Shown: piece by piece, positions 9,017 to 20,300 of the stretch
How positions within the stretch are numbered: position 1 is the first letter of the stretch
Layout of the letters: each line of letters begins with the position of its first letter
Assembly: GCA_040220235.1 (NCBI GenBank)
Contig: JAVJTO010000013.1
DNA length: 64,000 nucleotides
Strand: one strand, 5' to 3'
Source: Coleofasciculus sp. B1-GNL1-01
GTDB taxonomy: Bacteria; Cyanobacteriota; Cyanobacteriia; Cyanobacteriales; Coleofasciculaceae
Program-made: the position numbers and the translations under genes
The notes under the pieces: generated by a model
The model's input: the letters and a program-made list of their open reading frames with translations, nothing else
Database searches by the model: none
Told to the model about the DNA's origin: nothing

Positions 9017-9652
9017 TTATCCAGGTGTTCCCGTATTTAAACGCTTGCGTAATAACAAACGTTGAGGATGGCGTCGCCAGAGACTGTAACTCGGCTCTAG
9101 ATGATGCAGTTGATAGCCCATTTTCAGGTAAAGTTGCCGCGCTTGATCGTTACTATCTAGGACATGAAGGTAAAGATTGGGAAAGCCCCATGCTAAGGAT
9201 TGACGCTCGCAAGCTAGCAGTAATTGTCCAGCCACACCCCGTCGCCGACAACACCTTCTGACCGCTAAATTAGAAATGTAAGGGTAGTGGTGACCTTGAG
9301 GTTGCCAGGATGGGGGAGAACGGAGGGCAATTTCGACAGTGCCGACGAGTAGCCCGTCAGTACTATCGCCAGAAACATCAGGGTTGAGAGCAACAAAACA
9401 GGCATAATGGGGAGAATTGGCACGCAGTCGATTCCGCAGATCTTCATAAATTCCTAATCGCCAAATTGGATAAACCAAACGCCAGAGTCCCCGTTGCGAG
9501 TGAAAGCTATCCGCTAGAATTTCCGAGAGCGCCATTAGATCTGGGTCTTTTGCTCTCCGGATCATTAAGCGGGAAGCATCCACAGCCAGCGTTTGCTGAG
9601 CTTCAGAAGCAACTTTGTGGGACGTCACAAAAGAAAAGCAGGGGTTCACCAT
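9017..9652 (-). CDS. GNAT-family N-acetyltransferase
   Basis: Acetyl-CoA binding motif A region ISNLAVRRCCRRRGVAGQLLLACE, followed by LYLHVLDSNDQARQLYLKMGYQL. Confidence 0.8.
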   Translation of the reverse strand: MVNPCFSFVTSHKVASEAQQTLAVDASRLMIRRAKDPDLMALSEILADSFHSQRGLWRLVYPIWRLGIYEDLRNRLRANSPHYACFVALNPDVSGDSTDGLLVGTVEIALRSPPSWQPQGHHYPYISNLAVRRCCRRRGVAGQLLLACERQSLAWGFPNLYLHVLDSNDQARQLYLKMGYQLHHLEPSYSLWRRHPQRLLLRKRLNTGTPG

Positions 9653-10215
9653 CGCAAAAATATAAAGAGCGCCATCACCACTCCCTTGGGATTAACACTT
9701 AACCAGAAATCATCGTCTTTCGTTTCTAGAACGATAGTATTGTACAAGTAGAGCATTGACGAATCACTTCTTCCCACAGCGCTTTCCCAGGGGCATGACA
9801 CCATCATAAAGCCGATCAAGGCGCAGCGCTTTGCGTCCTCAAGGTATGCTCGACCCCCTAAATTTTCATGATTCGCCCAAAATAGAGGAGTTAGGCGCGA
9901 TCGCATGACTCTTATGGTAAACCAAAAACCAAGACGCTCAGACCAAACATGACTATTCGGCAACTTGAGGCAGAATACAACCATACTGGAAAACAAAAAT
10001 TAAAATCAATTGGGGTGTACCACTAACTACCGTCACAATAGCCAAATTGCCGTAGGACAAGTAATATGCTTCCTTTAGCCCGTCGTGATAATCGAACTAC
10101 ACATCCCTGGAGTCAGAGAGTTCTCATCGAGCCAGTCATTGCCAGCCGTAAAAATCTCTAACGTGCGTGCAAACTGTTTTTATTCGCAAAAGCTCTGGCA
10201 GCAGGAGAGCGGTGC

Positions 10216-13200
10216 ATGAGATCTCAATCCACACGAAAGCCTAAACTTCTGGTTGTTGATGACGAACCCGACAACCTGGACTTGCTATATCGAACATTCC
10301 ATCGCGACTATAAAGTCTTGCGGGCGGACAATGGTCCTGCCGCCCTAGAAATTTTGGAAGCTGAAGGAGATGTGGCTGTCATTATCTCCGACCAGCGTAT
10401 GCCACTAATGAGTGGTACGGAGTTTCTCAGTATCACCGCTGCTCAATACCCTGATATTATCCGGATTATCTTGACAGGGTACACCGATGTTGAAGACCTG
10501 GTTGAAGCCATCAATGCGGGTAAAGTATTTAAATACGTCACCAAGCCCTGGAATGCCGAGGAACTCAAGTCAGTCGTGCGGCAAGCCATGGACACTCATA
10601 ATGTCCTTAAGTCCCGCACCAGTGAACTCTGTCGGGCGTTGCGTCGGGAAACCCTGCTGAATACCGTAACCAATACCATTCGCAATGCTCAGTATGACAA
10701 AAGTGGTAGTTCCCCGCTTAAAGACGTTCTCCAGCGGATTGTTGAAACGGTGGGTCACTTGCTAGAAGTCGATGTATGCATTCTTCGTCCCTTCCAGCAA
10801 GAGCAGTTGGTCGATGAATGGTTTGTCTATCAACGGCAACTGAGCGACTCAGGTGGCGAAACTTCAAGGTTTAGAGACAATGGTAGGCAACCCTTATCAC
10901 CGAACCATTCACCATTCGACTTAGCACAGCCGCAACCCAACTCCTGTACCATACAAACCACGGGTGAAGATACAAACGCGACCTCATCGCTACCGCCGCT
11001 TTTAACTCAGACAGTTTGGCAAACCCATGAAGTTACCGTTATTCACGATGTATTGACAGATGAACGATTTAATCAGGATAGTCCTGAAGGCGAAGCTCGG
11101 CTACAGGCGTATCAACAGGCGAATATTCGCTCTAGCTTAGTCGTCCCCCTGATTAGTCAACAGGAATTGGTGGCTGTCATGGCATTACACCAGTGTGTAG
11201 AACCCTATAGCTGGCAAGATGACGAAATTCAACTCGTCGTGATGGTGGCAGACCAAGCTGCCATGGCAATTTCCCAGGCACGGGCGTATGAACAGCTACA
11301 CGCCTTAGCGACGCAGCAAACTTTAATCAACACAATTACTCGCGCTATTCGTTCTAGTCTTGATCCCCAAGAAATTTTTACCGCGATTACTCAACAATTA
11401 GGCGTTGCTCTCAACGTTGATGGTTGTGTTCTGTCTTTGTGGAGTGAAGACGATGAGTTTGTTCAATGTGTGGGCTTGTATGATGGGAAATCGACAAAAG
11501 TAGTGGGAACGTCGGTTAATCATCATGATCAATCTCCAGAGAATAATCAAGTCACTCTGACTCATTCCCCTACTTCCTCCATTGAATCTGTTTCCTCCAC
11601 TCAACTTCCTCTGTCAGCTGTTCCGATTGTCGGCAATCCCGTATTACGGCAGCTTATTGATACCCAAGCCCCAGTGGTGCTTGATGATTTGGCAGCCAAT
11701 CCCCAAATGAATGGGTCTGACCTACCCCTGCGCCAAAATGCCCGCGCCCTTTTGGTGGTGCCTTTATTAGTTGATGGCAAAATTATTGGTAGCATTAGCC
11801 TGCGACAAACCGACACCCCACGCCACTGGTTGCAATCCGAAATTGAACTTACCCAAGCGGTGGCATCCCAAGCGGCAATTGCGGTTCAGCAATCGCGACT
11901 TTATCAAAAAACGCGACAGCAAGCCGAGCGGTTAATGGAATTAGATCGGCAGAAAACGGAATTTTTCCAAAATGTTTCCCACGAATTCCGCACGCCCCTA
12001 ACCCTGATGATTGGACCACTAGAATCGGCAATTAATCAACATCAGGGATTACCGTATGAACAAAGTTCAATCGCACTGCGGAATTCGCGCCGCTTGTTGC
12101 GATTAGTCAATCAGCTATTGGATTTACAGCGACTCGATGCAGGACGGATGCAACCGAGTTTCCGTCCCTGTAATTTAATTGAATTTATTCATCAAATTGT
12201 TGAAACATTTAAACCCTACTGCGAGAAAAAAAATATTAATCTCTTGAGCCAGGTCATCCCTTGTCCTGAGATTTATTTAGATATAGAAAAATTTGACAAG
12301 GTATTATATAATCTCCTGTCAAATGCGATGAAGTTTACCAATGCTGGGGGAAGTATTACCATTACCGTTAAATCGACGGACAATAAAGTTTGTCTAAAAA
12401 TTTCCGATACGGGTATTGGTATTAGTAAAGAACAACTTCCTCATTTATTTGAACGGTTCCGACAAGCAGAAGGCTCAGTCAACCGCAGTTATGAAGGCAG
12501 TGGTTTAGGATTAGCGTTGGTGAAAGAATTAGTAGAACTCCATGGGGGAGAAATTGACGTATCCTCGGAACAGGGAAAAGGAACAACATTCACGATTCAT
12601 TTACAACAAGGAAAAGCTCACCTCCCCGTCGAGCAGATTGTAGATGTTGCCACAGAAATCCAGTCCAGTCGGGCATTGGTGGAACTGGCGGACTTGGAGT
12701 TGAATTCCGTCGGGGAACTCCAAGAGCAACCCGAAGCCGAACCTCAAGAGCCGGGAGATGCTTATTTGATTGTTGATCCACATACACCTTTGGCGGCGAA
12801 AGTAGCGCGAATTTTGGTCGTTGATGATAATTCCGATTTACGGGCTTATGTGGGCAGTATTTTAAAGCAATCGGGGTATCAGGTATGGACAGCACGGAAT
12901 GGGGAAGAGGGATGGCAAATGACGCAGAAGTGCCATCCTCAGCTTATCGTGACTGATTTGATGATGCCTGTGATGTCAGGACTGGATATGATTCATACTA
13001 TTCGGGGTTCCCAGGACTTTAAGGGAATACCGATTATATTGCTCACGGCAAAAGCGGATGAAGCCAGCCGGATTGAGGGAACAGAAAAGGGGGCAGATGC
13101 CTATCTGTCGAAACCGTTTAATGACCGGGAATTGTTGGCAGAAGTCCGGAATTTGTTAGCGCTTAAAGAACAAGAGCAGCGCGTGGTTGAGTTAAATCGA

Positions 13201-13905
13201 TATCTAACTGAGTCGGTACTGAAGCGCTTTTTACCCCCAGCTATGGTTCAGAAAGCAGCACGGGGAGAATTGGCACTGGATTTACATCCAGAACCTCGCT
13301 TGGTTACCTCGTTGTTCAGTGATATTGTTGGATTTACCGAGTTGTCGAATACCTTGCGATCGCGTCGAATTGCCGAGTTGCTGAATGAGTATCTGGCAGC
13401 CATGACCCGTGCGGTGTTTGATAATGGGGGTACAGTGGATAAGTTTATGGGGGATGGTATTTTAGCGATTTTCGGCGCTCCTGAAGAATTAAGTCCTCAC
13501 GAACAAGCTCGACGGGCAATTGCCTCGGCACGACAAATGTTGCGATCGCTCGATGAGCTGAATCAACAGTGGCAAGCGAGGGGATTGGTGGGTAATGGAG
13601 GACCCCCGCCTGTACGATTCCGCTGTGGGATTCATCAAGGAACGGCGGTAGTGGGCATGTTTGGCGGAAATGAACGAACCGACTATACCGCGATCGGTCC
13701 TTCGGTGAATATCGCCGCCCGACTGCAAGAAGCCGCTGAACCGAATTCAATCCTGGTTTCGGCGTCAGTTGCCGATTGGTTAGACGATGACGCGATCGCT
13801 AAGTATCGTTCTCTTAAACTTAAAGGGGTAGATGAGACAGTCTTAACCTTTGCCGTTAACCCTGTGCCAGTAAATGCCAATTCACCCGATCAGGGGAGTC
13901 GTTAG
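10216..13905 (+). CDS. cyaC: CyaC-type multidomain adenylate cyclase (REC-GAF-GAF-HisKA-HATPase-REC-class III cyclase)
   Basis: REC1 is LLVVDDEPDNL...ISDQRMP...KP. H-box is SHEFRTPLT. ATPase boxes are LLSNAMKFT, DTGIGI and GSGLGLALV. REC2 is ILVVDDNSDLR...VTDLMMP...SKP. Cyclase motifs are SLFSDIVGFTELS, DKFMGDGILAIFGAP and YTAIGPSVNIAARL. The domain order is that of Spirulina/Anabaena CyaC. Confidence 0.9.
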   Translation: MRSQSTRKPKLLVVDDEPDNLDLLYRTFHRDYKVLRADNGPAALEILEAEGDVAVIISDQRMPLMSGTEFLSITAAQYPDIIRIILTGYTDVEDLVEAINAGKVFKYVTKPWNAEELKSVVRQAMDTHNVLKSRTSELCRALRRETLLNTVTNTIRNAQYDKSGSSPLKDVLQRIVETVGHLLEVDVCILRPFQQEQLVDEWFVYQRQLSDSGGETSRFRDNGRQPLSPNHSPFDLAQPQPNSCTIQTTGEDTNATSSLPPLLTQTVWQTHEVTVIHDVLTDERFNQDSPEGEARLQAYQQANIRSSLVVPLISQQELVAVMALHQCVEPYSWQDDEIQLVVMVADQAAMAISQARAYEQLHALATQQTLINTITRAIRSSLDPQEIFTAITQQLGVALNVDGCVLSLWSEDDEFVQCVGLYDGKSTKVVGTSVNHHDQSPENNQVTLTHSPTSSIESVSSTQLPLSAVPIVGNPVLRQLIDTQAPVVLDDLAANPQMNGSDLPLRQNARALLVVPLLVDGKIIGSISLRQTDTPRHWLQSEIELTQAVASQAAIAVQQSRLYQKTRQQAERLMELDRQKTEFFQNVSHEFRTPLTLMIGPLESAINQHQGLPYEQSSIALRNSRRLLRLVNQLLDLQRLDAGRMQPSFRPCNLIEFIHQIVETFKPYCEKKNINLLSQVIPCPEIYLDIEKFDKVLYNLLSNAMKFTNAGGSITITVKSTDNKVCLKISDTGIGISKEQLPHLFERFRQAEGSVNRSYEGSGLGLALVKELVELHGGEIDVSSEQGKGTTFTIHLQQGKAHLPVEQIVDVATEIQSSRALVELADLELNSVGELQEQPEAEPQEPGDAYLIVDPHTPLAAKVARILVVDDNSDLRAYVGSILKQSGYQVWTARNGEEGWQMTQKCHPQLIVTDLMMPVMSGLDMIHTIRGSQDFKGIPIILLTAKADEASRIEGTEKGADAYLSKPFNDRELLAEVRNLLALKEQEQRVVELNRYLTESVLKRFLPPAMVQKAARGELALDLHPEPRLVTSLFSDIVGFTELSNTLRSRRIAELLNEYLAAMTRAVFDNGGTVDKFMGDGILAIFGAPEELSPHEQARRAIASARQMLRSLDELNQQWQARGLVGNGGPPPVRFRCGIHQGTAVVGMFGGNERTDYTAIGPSVNIAARLQEAAEPNSILVSASVADWLDDDAIAKYRSLKLKGVDETVLTFAVNPVPVNANSPDQGSR

Positions 13906-14026
13906 AGCCGGGGAAGTTGGAGAGTAGGGGGAGCAGGGGGAGGATGTCAAATACTAGATTAGGAATCTTTGCAGCGCTCACTACGTCTATTTTTGAATGT
14001 AGAAATTTTCGACAACCACACTAATT

Positions 14027-14800
14027 ATGAAACGTTTACGATGGCTCAACGTTGGAGTTCTAACGACGGCATTTCTACTCACCGTCGGATCTTCAAGTTC
14101 CCTAAAGGCAGGCACATTTGATAGTCAAGAAGTCAATTCTGATAATTTTATTGCCGTTGCTGCTCCTTTCGGGGATAACAAGTATCAATTACTGATTATC
14201 GAACAGCGCTCAACCCAACGCGCTTGCTGGCAGGAGGTGGGAAGTAATCCCGCGATCGTTGACCCGTTACTGCTCAATTTTGACTTTACAGGCATTTGCG
14301 GACGTAGCACTGATAGTAATGGTTATTCGATTCGCATGGAGGGTCAAGATTTAGGATTAGACTATTTGCTCAGACTTGTCGAGCGTGACGGCGAGTTAGT
14401 TCTCATTGGTACAAATCGGATGAATCGTCAAGCTCCCAAGGTAGAAATTGGCAGAACTCGAGGATTGAGTAATGGCAATTTCCTCAAAATTGAACTTGAT
14501 CCCGGTTGGCGGTTCACGCGACGTGCTTATCAAGGTCGAGCATTAGGTCATATCTATCTAACAAGCGATACAACGGTTCCAGCAACACCAGCCGTGAGTC
14601 CTCCAAACCCGGTAACGCCAGCAGTACGAGAACCTGCACCCGCAGAAACTGAGCGGGAGTTTATTTTCACAAAGCCAAGCGAGGAAAATACTCCACCCTC
14701 CGTAACTGTACCAACCCTAGACAATCCAGCCACTAATCCTCAAACCCTACCCCCTCCTGCTTCCAATCAGACTGTGCCAATTTTGGAAGAGTTAAGGTAA
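14027..14800 (+). CDS. Secreted protein (resembles the cyanobacterial DUF3747 family, from memory) with a Pro-rich tail
   Basis: Signal peptide MKRLRWLNVGVLTTAFLLTVGSSSSLKA, a Cys-containing globular domain (ACWQEVG...FTGICGRSTDSNGYSIR) and a P/T-rich C-terminus. Confidence 0.6.
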   Translation: MKRLRWLNVGVLTTAFLLTVGSSSSLKAGTFDSQEVNSDNFIAVAAPFGDNKYQLLIIEQRSTQRACWQEVGSNPAIVDPLLLNFDFTGICGRSTDSNGYSIRMEGQDLGLDYLLRLVERDGELVLIGTNRMNRQAPKVEIGRTRGLSNGNFLKIELDPGWRFTRRAYQGRALGHIYLTSDTTVPATPAVSPPNPVTPAVREPAPAETEREFIFTKPSEENTPPSVTVPTLDNPATNPQTLPPPASNQTVPILEELR

Positions 14801-14806
14801 GTGTTG

Positions 14807-14969
14807 TGTAGGGGCGGGTTTCACGACTAATTATTTCTTGCCTCACCTATAGCGCTACGCGCTGGCGTATTTACACATTAGAAATGGAGGCTTTATCAGG
14901 AGTCCTTTAGAACATTTGTACTGTAACTACGCGAGAGGATACTGCTATAGATGTGACTAAACCCGCCCC
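14807..14969. repeat. Long variant of the GGGCGGGTTT hairpin element
   Basis: TGTAGGGGCGGGTTT at 14,807 and AAACCCGCCCC at 14,959 are inverted arms around a ~135-nt loop. Confidence 0.7.
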
Positions 14970-15003
14970 AAGACTGCTCGGATAAGCTCCAATTTCATTT
15001 ACT

Positions 15004-15112
15004 CTCCCCTGCTTCCCCCGCTTCCCCTGCTCCCCCTGCTTCCCCCGCTTCCCCCGCTTCCCCTGCTCCCCCCGCTTCCCCTGCTCCCCTCGCTTCCCCC
15101 GCTTCCCCTGCT
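15004..15112. repeat. Tandem 9-mer array (CYGCTYCCC x ~12)
   Basis: Period-9 repeat read directly. It ends 5 nt from the ftsW stop codon and is G-rich on the ftsW sense strand. Confidence 0.9.
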
Positions 15113-15117
15113 AACCG

Positions 15118-16332
15118 CTAATCTCTCATCCTCTGTAACTGCGTTCTCTGTCGCCTACGCCGCTGAGGTGGTGATTGGCGACGGGCTTGTAAAGAAACGA
15201 CTTGAGCCTCACTACTTTCTCTGGCTACCCGAATCAACAATCCAGCCGAACACAAATTGGCAATCATGGAACTTCCCCCATAACTAAAAAATGGGAAGGG
15301 TAAACCCGTAGTCGGGAGAACCCCTGTGGCGACACCAATATTCAACAGCGACTGACCGACAATTACAATCATCGCTCCGATCGCGACTAACCGATGCACA
15401 GGATGACGGGTTTTCAATGCCACAATTGTTGCCAAGGTAGCATAAGCTACGATCAGCAGCAGCAACAACGTACTGCCGACAAAGCCAAATTCTTCAGCAA
15501 ATACGGCAAAAATAAAGTCGGTATACTGAATCGGTAAATAAAACAACTTTTGTTGGGATAGACCAAACCCTGAACCCCATGTCCCTCCCGAACCCACCGC
15601 CAGCAGGCTTTGAATCAATTGATAGCCGTCATTCATCGGATCAGCCCAGGGATTAAGAAATGACATCACCCGACGCCGCTGATACTCTTTGATGCTGATA
15701 CTAATCGTTGCCAGTAACACGCCTCCCAAGGCGGTTCCTCCTAAGTAGGAAAAGGGCAACCCCGCCGCCAGTGCAATGAGCCACAGCGTCATCCCACATA
15801 GCGCCGTTGTACTCAGATTGGGTTGGAGCAAAATTCCCAACAGCACTAGGGCAAACATCCCTAGCCAGAACAGGCGTACTCGCACGGAAATCTGTTGCCA
15901 TTGCCCAAAGATGCAAGCACTCTGAAGGATCAGAAACGGTTTAATTAATTCCGAGGGTTGTAGGGGAACAGGACCCAGGGATAGCCAACGGGTTGCGCCA
16001 TTCACCGTCGTCCCCACACCGGGAATTAGGATGATCAAGATCAACCCCAATAACACCAGCATTATCCAATGGGCAATTTTGAGGATATACCGTAAAGGCG
16101 ATCGCACAAAAAAGTTAAAGGCGATCATGCCCAGGGTAATCCAGATGAGCTGTCGCTTAAAGTAATATAAACCGTCACCAAACTCAGCATCGGCACTGGG
16201 ATAGGATGCCGAGAACAGCACCGCTAAACCCACCAATAGCCACAGAAAGGTTAACCAGCGCAATAGACGGGCATCGATTCCCCAGTCCTTAGCCGAAGGA
16301 TGAATCCATGAAATCAGGTTACGTAGAGTCAC
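15118..16332 (-). CDS. ftsW: SEDS-family peptidoglycan polymerase / cell-division protein (FtsW/RodA/SpoVE family)
   Basis: Polytopic membrane protein with the SEDS signature TTGLPFPFFSYGGSSM. The N-terminus is ARLLRWLTFLWLLVGLAVLFSASY. The FtsW versus RodA assignment is tentative. Confidence 0.8.
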   Translation of the reverse strand: MTLRNLISWIHPSAKDWGIDARLLRWLTFLWLLVGLAVLFSASYPSADAEFGDGLYYFKRQLIWITLGMIAFNFFVRSPLRYILKIAHWIMLVLLGLILIILIPGVGTTVNGATRWLSLGPVPLQPSELIKPFLILQSACIFGQWQQISVRVRLFWLGMFALVLLGILLQPNLSTTALCGMTLWLIALAAGLPFSYLGGTALGGVLLATISISIKEYQRRRVMSFLNPWADPMNDGYQLIQSLLAVGSGGTWGSGFGLSQQKLFYLPIQYTDFIFAVFAEEFGFVGSTLLLLLIVAYATLATIVALKTRHPVHRLVAIGAMIVIVGQSLLNIGVATGVLPTTGLPFPFFSYGGSSMIANLCSAGLLIRVARESSEAQVVSLQARRQSPPQRRRRQRTQLQRMRD

Positions 16333-16696
16333 TAATCGTCAAATGATTACTCTCAATTAGGGTAACGCAACCGGAGGCTACCATCCAGTAAGGGAGCTGC
16401 GTAAAAATAAAGTACCAGTGAGGAAAGCTGTCTTCATCAACTCAGCTAAGCTTGATTGGTATATTATTAAGCCGCAAGTCCCTAATCCTTCGTGTTCGTA
16501 GTTGCGCTGTCTTCGTCGATTTGCCTCAGATCACCAAAATGCTCAAACCTATATTGTTATCGCGATCGTGTATCGATGGATTAATCCTACTGCTTCTAGC
16601 CAGAGTAACGCCTCTAGATATTGGCTTTTTTGTGAATTCAGGGTTAAATCGGGTGAACAAGGATTCCTCGGTTATCTATGGCTGAGTGCAACATTT

Positions 16697-17362
16697 CTAC
16701 TGCCAGGAGAGAAATAAATGAAGCAGGTTTATCGAAGAGTTCTGTTTGTTTTGACGATGACGAGTGCGATAAAGGTTGGAATATTCGCCAAAGCTATTCT
16801 CTGACATCAAACTTTCCTCGATACAAGTTTCTTGTTTTGTTTGTTCTAGTCGGTCACCAATTCGATCAATACAACCCTTGGTGTTACCATCAATCACAAA
16901 ACCTAACATAGCAGCACATCCATGACGAGGACAGTAAATACCGTTAACAAAACGCACAATGCCTTCTGTAATATATTTTTTGGCTAACTCTCTGTCTTTA
17001 CCTGTTGTCCTGCTACTCACTCGTTTACACTCCATACCGAAGTATTCTGCTTCATCAAAGCTATAGATAATTTTTATATCAATTCTGCCTTCTGGTTCAA
17101 CTGAATCTGGTGAAGACAAAGTGCCAACTTCTGGTTCAATTCGGAGCTGGCTTTTTAACCCCGGACGAGAGTTCTTTTCGGATGTCATCGCTCTCCGTAA
17201 ATAGCCAGCGATTTTGGGTTCGAGCATTGTTGGAATAACCTCATCAATAGTTATGACCTTTGACCAAGCAACCACAGTGATATTTAAAATTGTGGCAATA
17301 ATATCTACAGATATGTTTATGGTCGCTTGTCCAACTGCACTCGGTTCATCCAATGGGAGCAT
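16697..17362 (-). CDS. PD-(D/E)xK nuclease-fold candidate (putative restriction endonuclease partner)
   Basis: GRIDIKIIY...(10 aa)...FGMECKR gives D95 ... E111-x-K113 spacing, typical of the restriction-endonuclease fold. It overlaps the stop of the upstream methyltransferase by 17 nt. AT-rich codon usage. Confidence 0.55.
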   Translation of the reverse strand: MLPLDEPSAVGQATINISVDIIATILNITVVAWSKVITIDEVIPTMLEPKIAGYLRRAMTSEKNSRPGLKSQLRIEPEVGTLSSPDSVEPEGRIDIKIIYSFDEAEYFGMECKRVSSRTTGKDRELAKKYITEGIVRFVNGIYCPRHGCAAMLGFVIDGNTKGCIDRIGDRLEQTKQETCIEESLMSENSFGEYSNLYRTRHRQNKQNSSINLLHLFLSWQ

Positions 17363-20300
17363 GACTTGTTCTTAAATACTCAGACAGTATAGTATCTGCA
17401 TCATTTAAACCAGCAGAACGAGTCCAATAAATACGTTTAGCTGGTTTGACGATGTAGATATCTTTTCCTACATAAATTCGCAAGTTTCGACGAGTATAAA
17501 TGCGGTCAGCGATTTGCTGCGGTAATTGTTCAGCAATTCTCTTAAGAACTGCTTCTAATTTATGTCCTGAAATAGTTTGTACAATAGGTGGCTGATTAGA
17601 GACAGGAACTATACTGAACTTGACCACCTGTAATGGTGCTTTACCAACATCAATAACCTCAGCAACTATTTGCCTTTCATTTAGTGTTTGTAGAAATGGT
17701 TGAATGACTCCGATTAACTGTGTGGCATACCGGGTTAACTCATCATATTGAGTTCGTATCAATGCTAGAGACTGCTCCCTATTCATATAGAAGTCGATAG
17801 TTATTTTATTTGTATCTTCAACTAGAATTCGTTCGGTTTCATCCAATTCATAAAGCTGAAACACTAATTGATCTAAAGTGAGTTTTAAATTAACCTCTGA
17901 AGAACTGCCATGTAACTTGCACAATTTTCCTTCTATATCAATGATCTGATTAACTAAAGTTGAATTTTTAGAGGTAATTTTAGGAATAGGCAGACGCGAT
18001 AAATCCTGTGTCATAATTTTCTTTCTTTCTACGCCCCAAGAAGAAGCCGTCATAAATATAAAATAACTTGTTACTGATGAATTAAGAACAGCATTTAGAT
18101 AATGGGCTGTAAATTCTGAGTTAACTGGAATGCCAGAATAGCTCATCGTATAAACTATATCTTCAGAGCTAAAAGCAGCTATAACATTACTCGATTCGAT
18201 TTTTTCTGAAACAACTATCAGTGGACTTCTATAAATATTGGAATTTCTCGGCGATTCTAATTTGGAATAAGCAAACTCTTCCAAGTCATTGGGATTAATT
18301 TTATATCTCTGCATCAGGCTGGAAGCAAGAATCTTTTTCCCATATAGATAGGATGGAGATTTTTTTCTTTTATTGCCAACTTTCAGTCCAGCCTTAGGCG
18401 GACTACCTGCTATTTGCTCAATCTTTTCATAGGATGTCCGCAAACGTTGAATGAGTGATAAATCTCTAGCAGATCCCCATGTAGCAATCTTAAACATATC
18501 AGCATCATGTGCAACATCATATGCTGATAATTTCTTTATATTTTCTGATCCCATTTCGATAATTCCATGGCGTCTAAAGTCTACAGATCGTTCTGGACAT
18601 ACAAAATAAAACGAATTATTATGTTTCGTTTTATTTAATTCTGCAATCAACACTATAGCTGGCGCTTCAGACTTGGGAAATAGGTTATCTCTGTATAGCT
18701 TCAGCAGGTTAATAATTACCTTTGGTTTATATCTCGTTAAAATTTTTTTCTTGGCTTCTTGAGCATCTGGATGATTACTAAAAAAACGTTGACCGTGTAA
18801 AATTAGACCAATTTGAGTACGAGTATTCGCAAAATCACCTATACGCCACAAAAATGCTTGATCCGGTGGTGTACCGTAAGCTGTAGGATATCCTTCGGGG
18901 TATCCCATTTCAGGACGCTTACGATTACAGTATGCTGATGCCGATTTAGTTGCTCCCGACTTTGTCCAAGGTGGATTGCCCACAATTGCACTAAACTGCT
19001 TATGAGCAAAAGGTTCTATTCTATTGAATTCTGCCCCTTCATCAAAAGCATCACCAATAAACAAATTTTTCCCAATAATTTTTTCAAATTGTAAATCCTC
19101 TGAAATACCAGGATTTCGTTCTAATTCATAATCTAGCTCTAAAGCTGTAAGATATAAACTAAACGCAGCAATTTGAATAGCTTTTTGTTTTATATCTACA
19201 CCATAAATTTGATGATAGAGAGTGTCACGAACTAGCTGACGGTAATTCTGCTCTCCACTAGCCAAACGCTTCACCACTAATCGTCGTAAAGCGTCTACTA
19301 AAAACACGCCTGAACCACAAGCAAGATCGAGAACTTTGGCATTGCCATCAAGTTCTTTAAAGACTTCTGATAGAACTATGTCAACTAAATTAATTGGTGT
19401 ATAGTGGGTACTATGCTCTTTAGCTGACTTGGTATCTTCTGCATAAATAAACTTCTCGTAAATCGCACTAATTAACTCAACAGGAATTACTTTAAAGTTA
19501 TAGGCTCGCCAAAGGCGTAGTTGACCTGTTTTCAATTCTTGCAGCCCACCGATAAAGTTTTTGAGCACTTCTAAATGCTTTAGCTGCACTCGATTTATCT
19601 CTTCGCTGGATAAGCTAAATAAGTCTCCATTAAATGTTCTTTGTATCCAGGAAAATAAATGCTCAGTGGCTGACTTATTCTCTAGGATTTCTGTAAAACT
19701 ATTGAATCCGAATTGTCGCTGTAACAACTGAGAATCAAGGATTTCTCTATCTTGAAGATAAGCGACAAAGATAGACTGAATCAAAAGACTCTGAGCAACC
19801 GAACGGTTTAACCTTTTATCCTCGACTAAAATCTCTTCCGTATCGGTTAAATCTTTAACCAAAACCGCATCAACTCTTTGCTTGCGATCAATTTGCTTAG
19901 CTTTTTCCCATTGCCAAAATTCACCTGACTCAATTTGGATACGGCTGGCATACTGATTTAATTGCTTCAATCCAGTTTCAGTCTGCTGAAAAATCTCAAT
20001 CAGATGTCGCTCTGGATTATTTCTATCGTTTTCTGTCGGTTGAGAATAGCAGTTATAGAGTAAAACCTTAGTTGGAGTCACAACCCACAACATTGGAGCT
20101 AAACCATGATTCCAAGACAATTGATGCAACCGAGCTAGTTCTTGAGGCTCAGGATCTGATTCTCGCAGTTGAGTAAAATAGATGCAAGGCGATCCACATA
20201 ACTCAAAAATTGCTGTAGCATTTAACTGTTCAGGGTTAATAACTGCACTGTATTTAATCCGTTTATCAAGTTGTTGAGGATTACTACGAAGTGATGCCGC

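Noticed and set aside
9646-9996. 116-aa ORF immediately upstream of the GNAT gene, considered as a separate gene or a frameshifted N-terminal extension
   Set aside because: The GNAT domain downstream is complete on its own. The ORF has an odd composition (W/F/M/C-rich) and no recognisable motif. It is left uncalled.
16441-16911. Plus-strand ORFs 16452..16685, 16502..16717 and 16678..16911 at the left edge of the AT-rich insertion
   Set aside because: They are short, mutually overlapping and of odd composition, and the last is antisense to the PD-(D/E)xK ORF. The minus strand here has no ORF with a start codon either, so the region is treated as non-coding.
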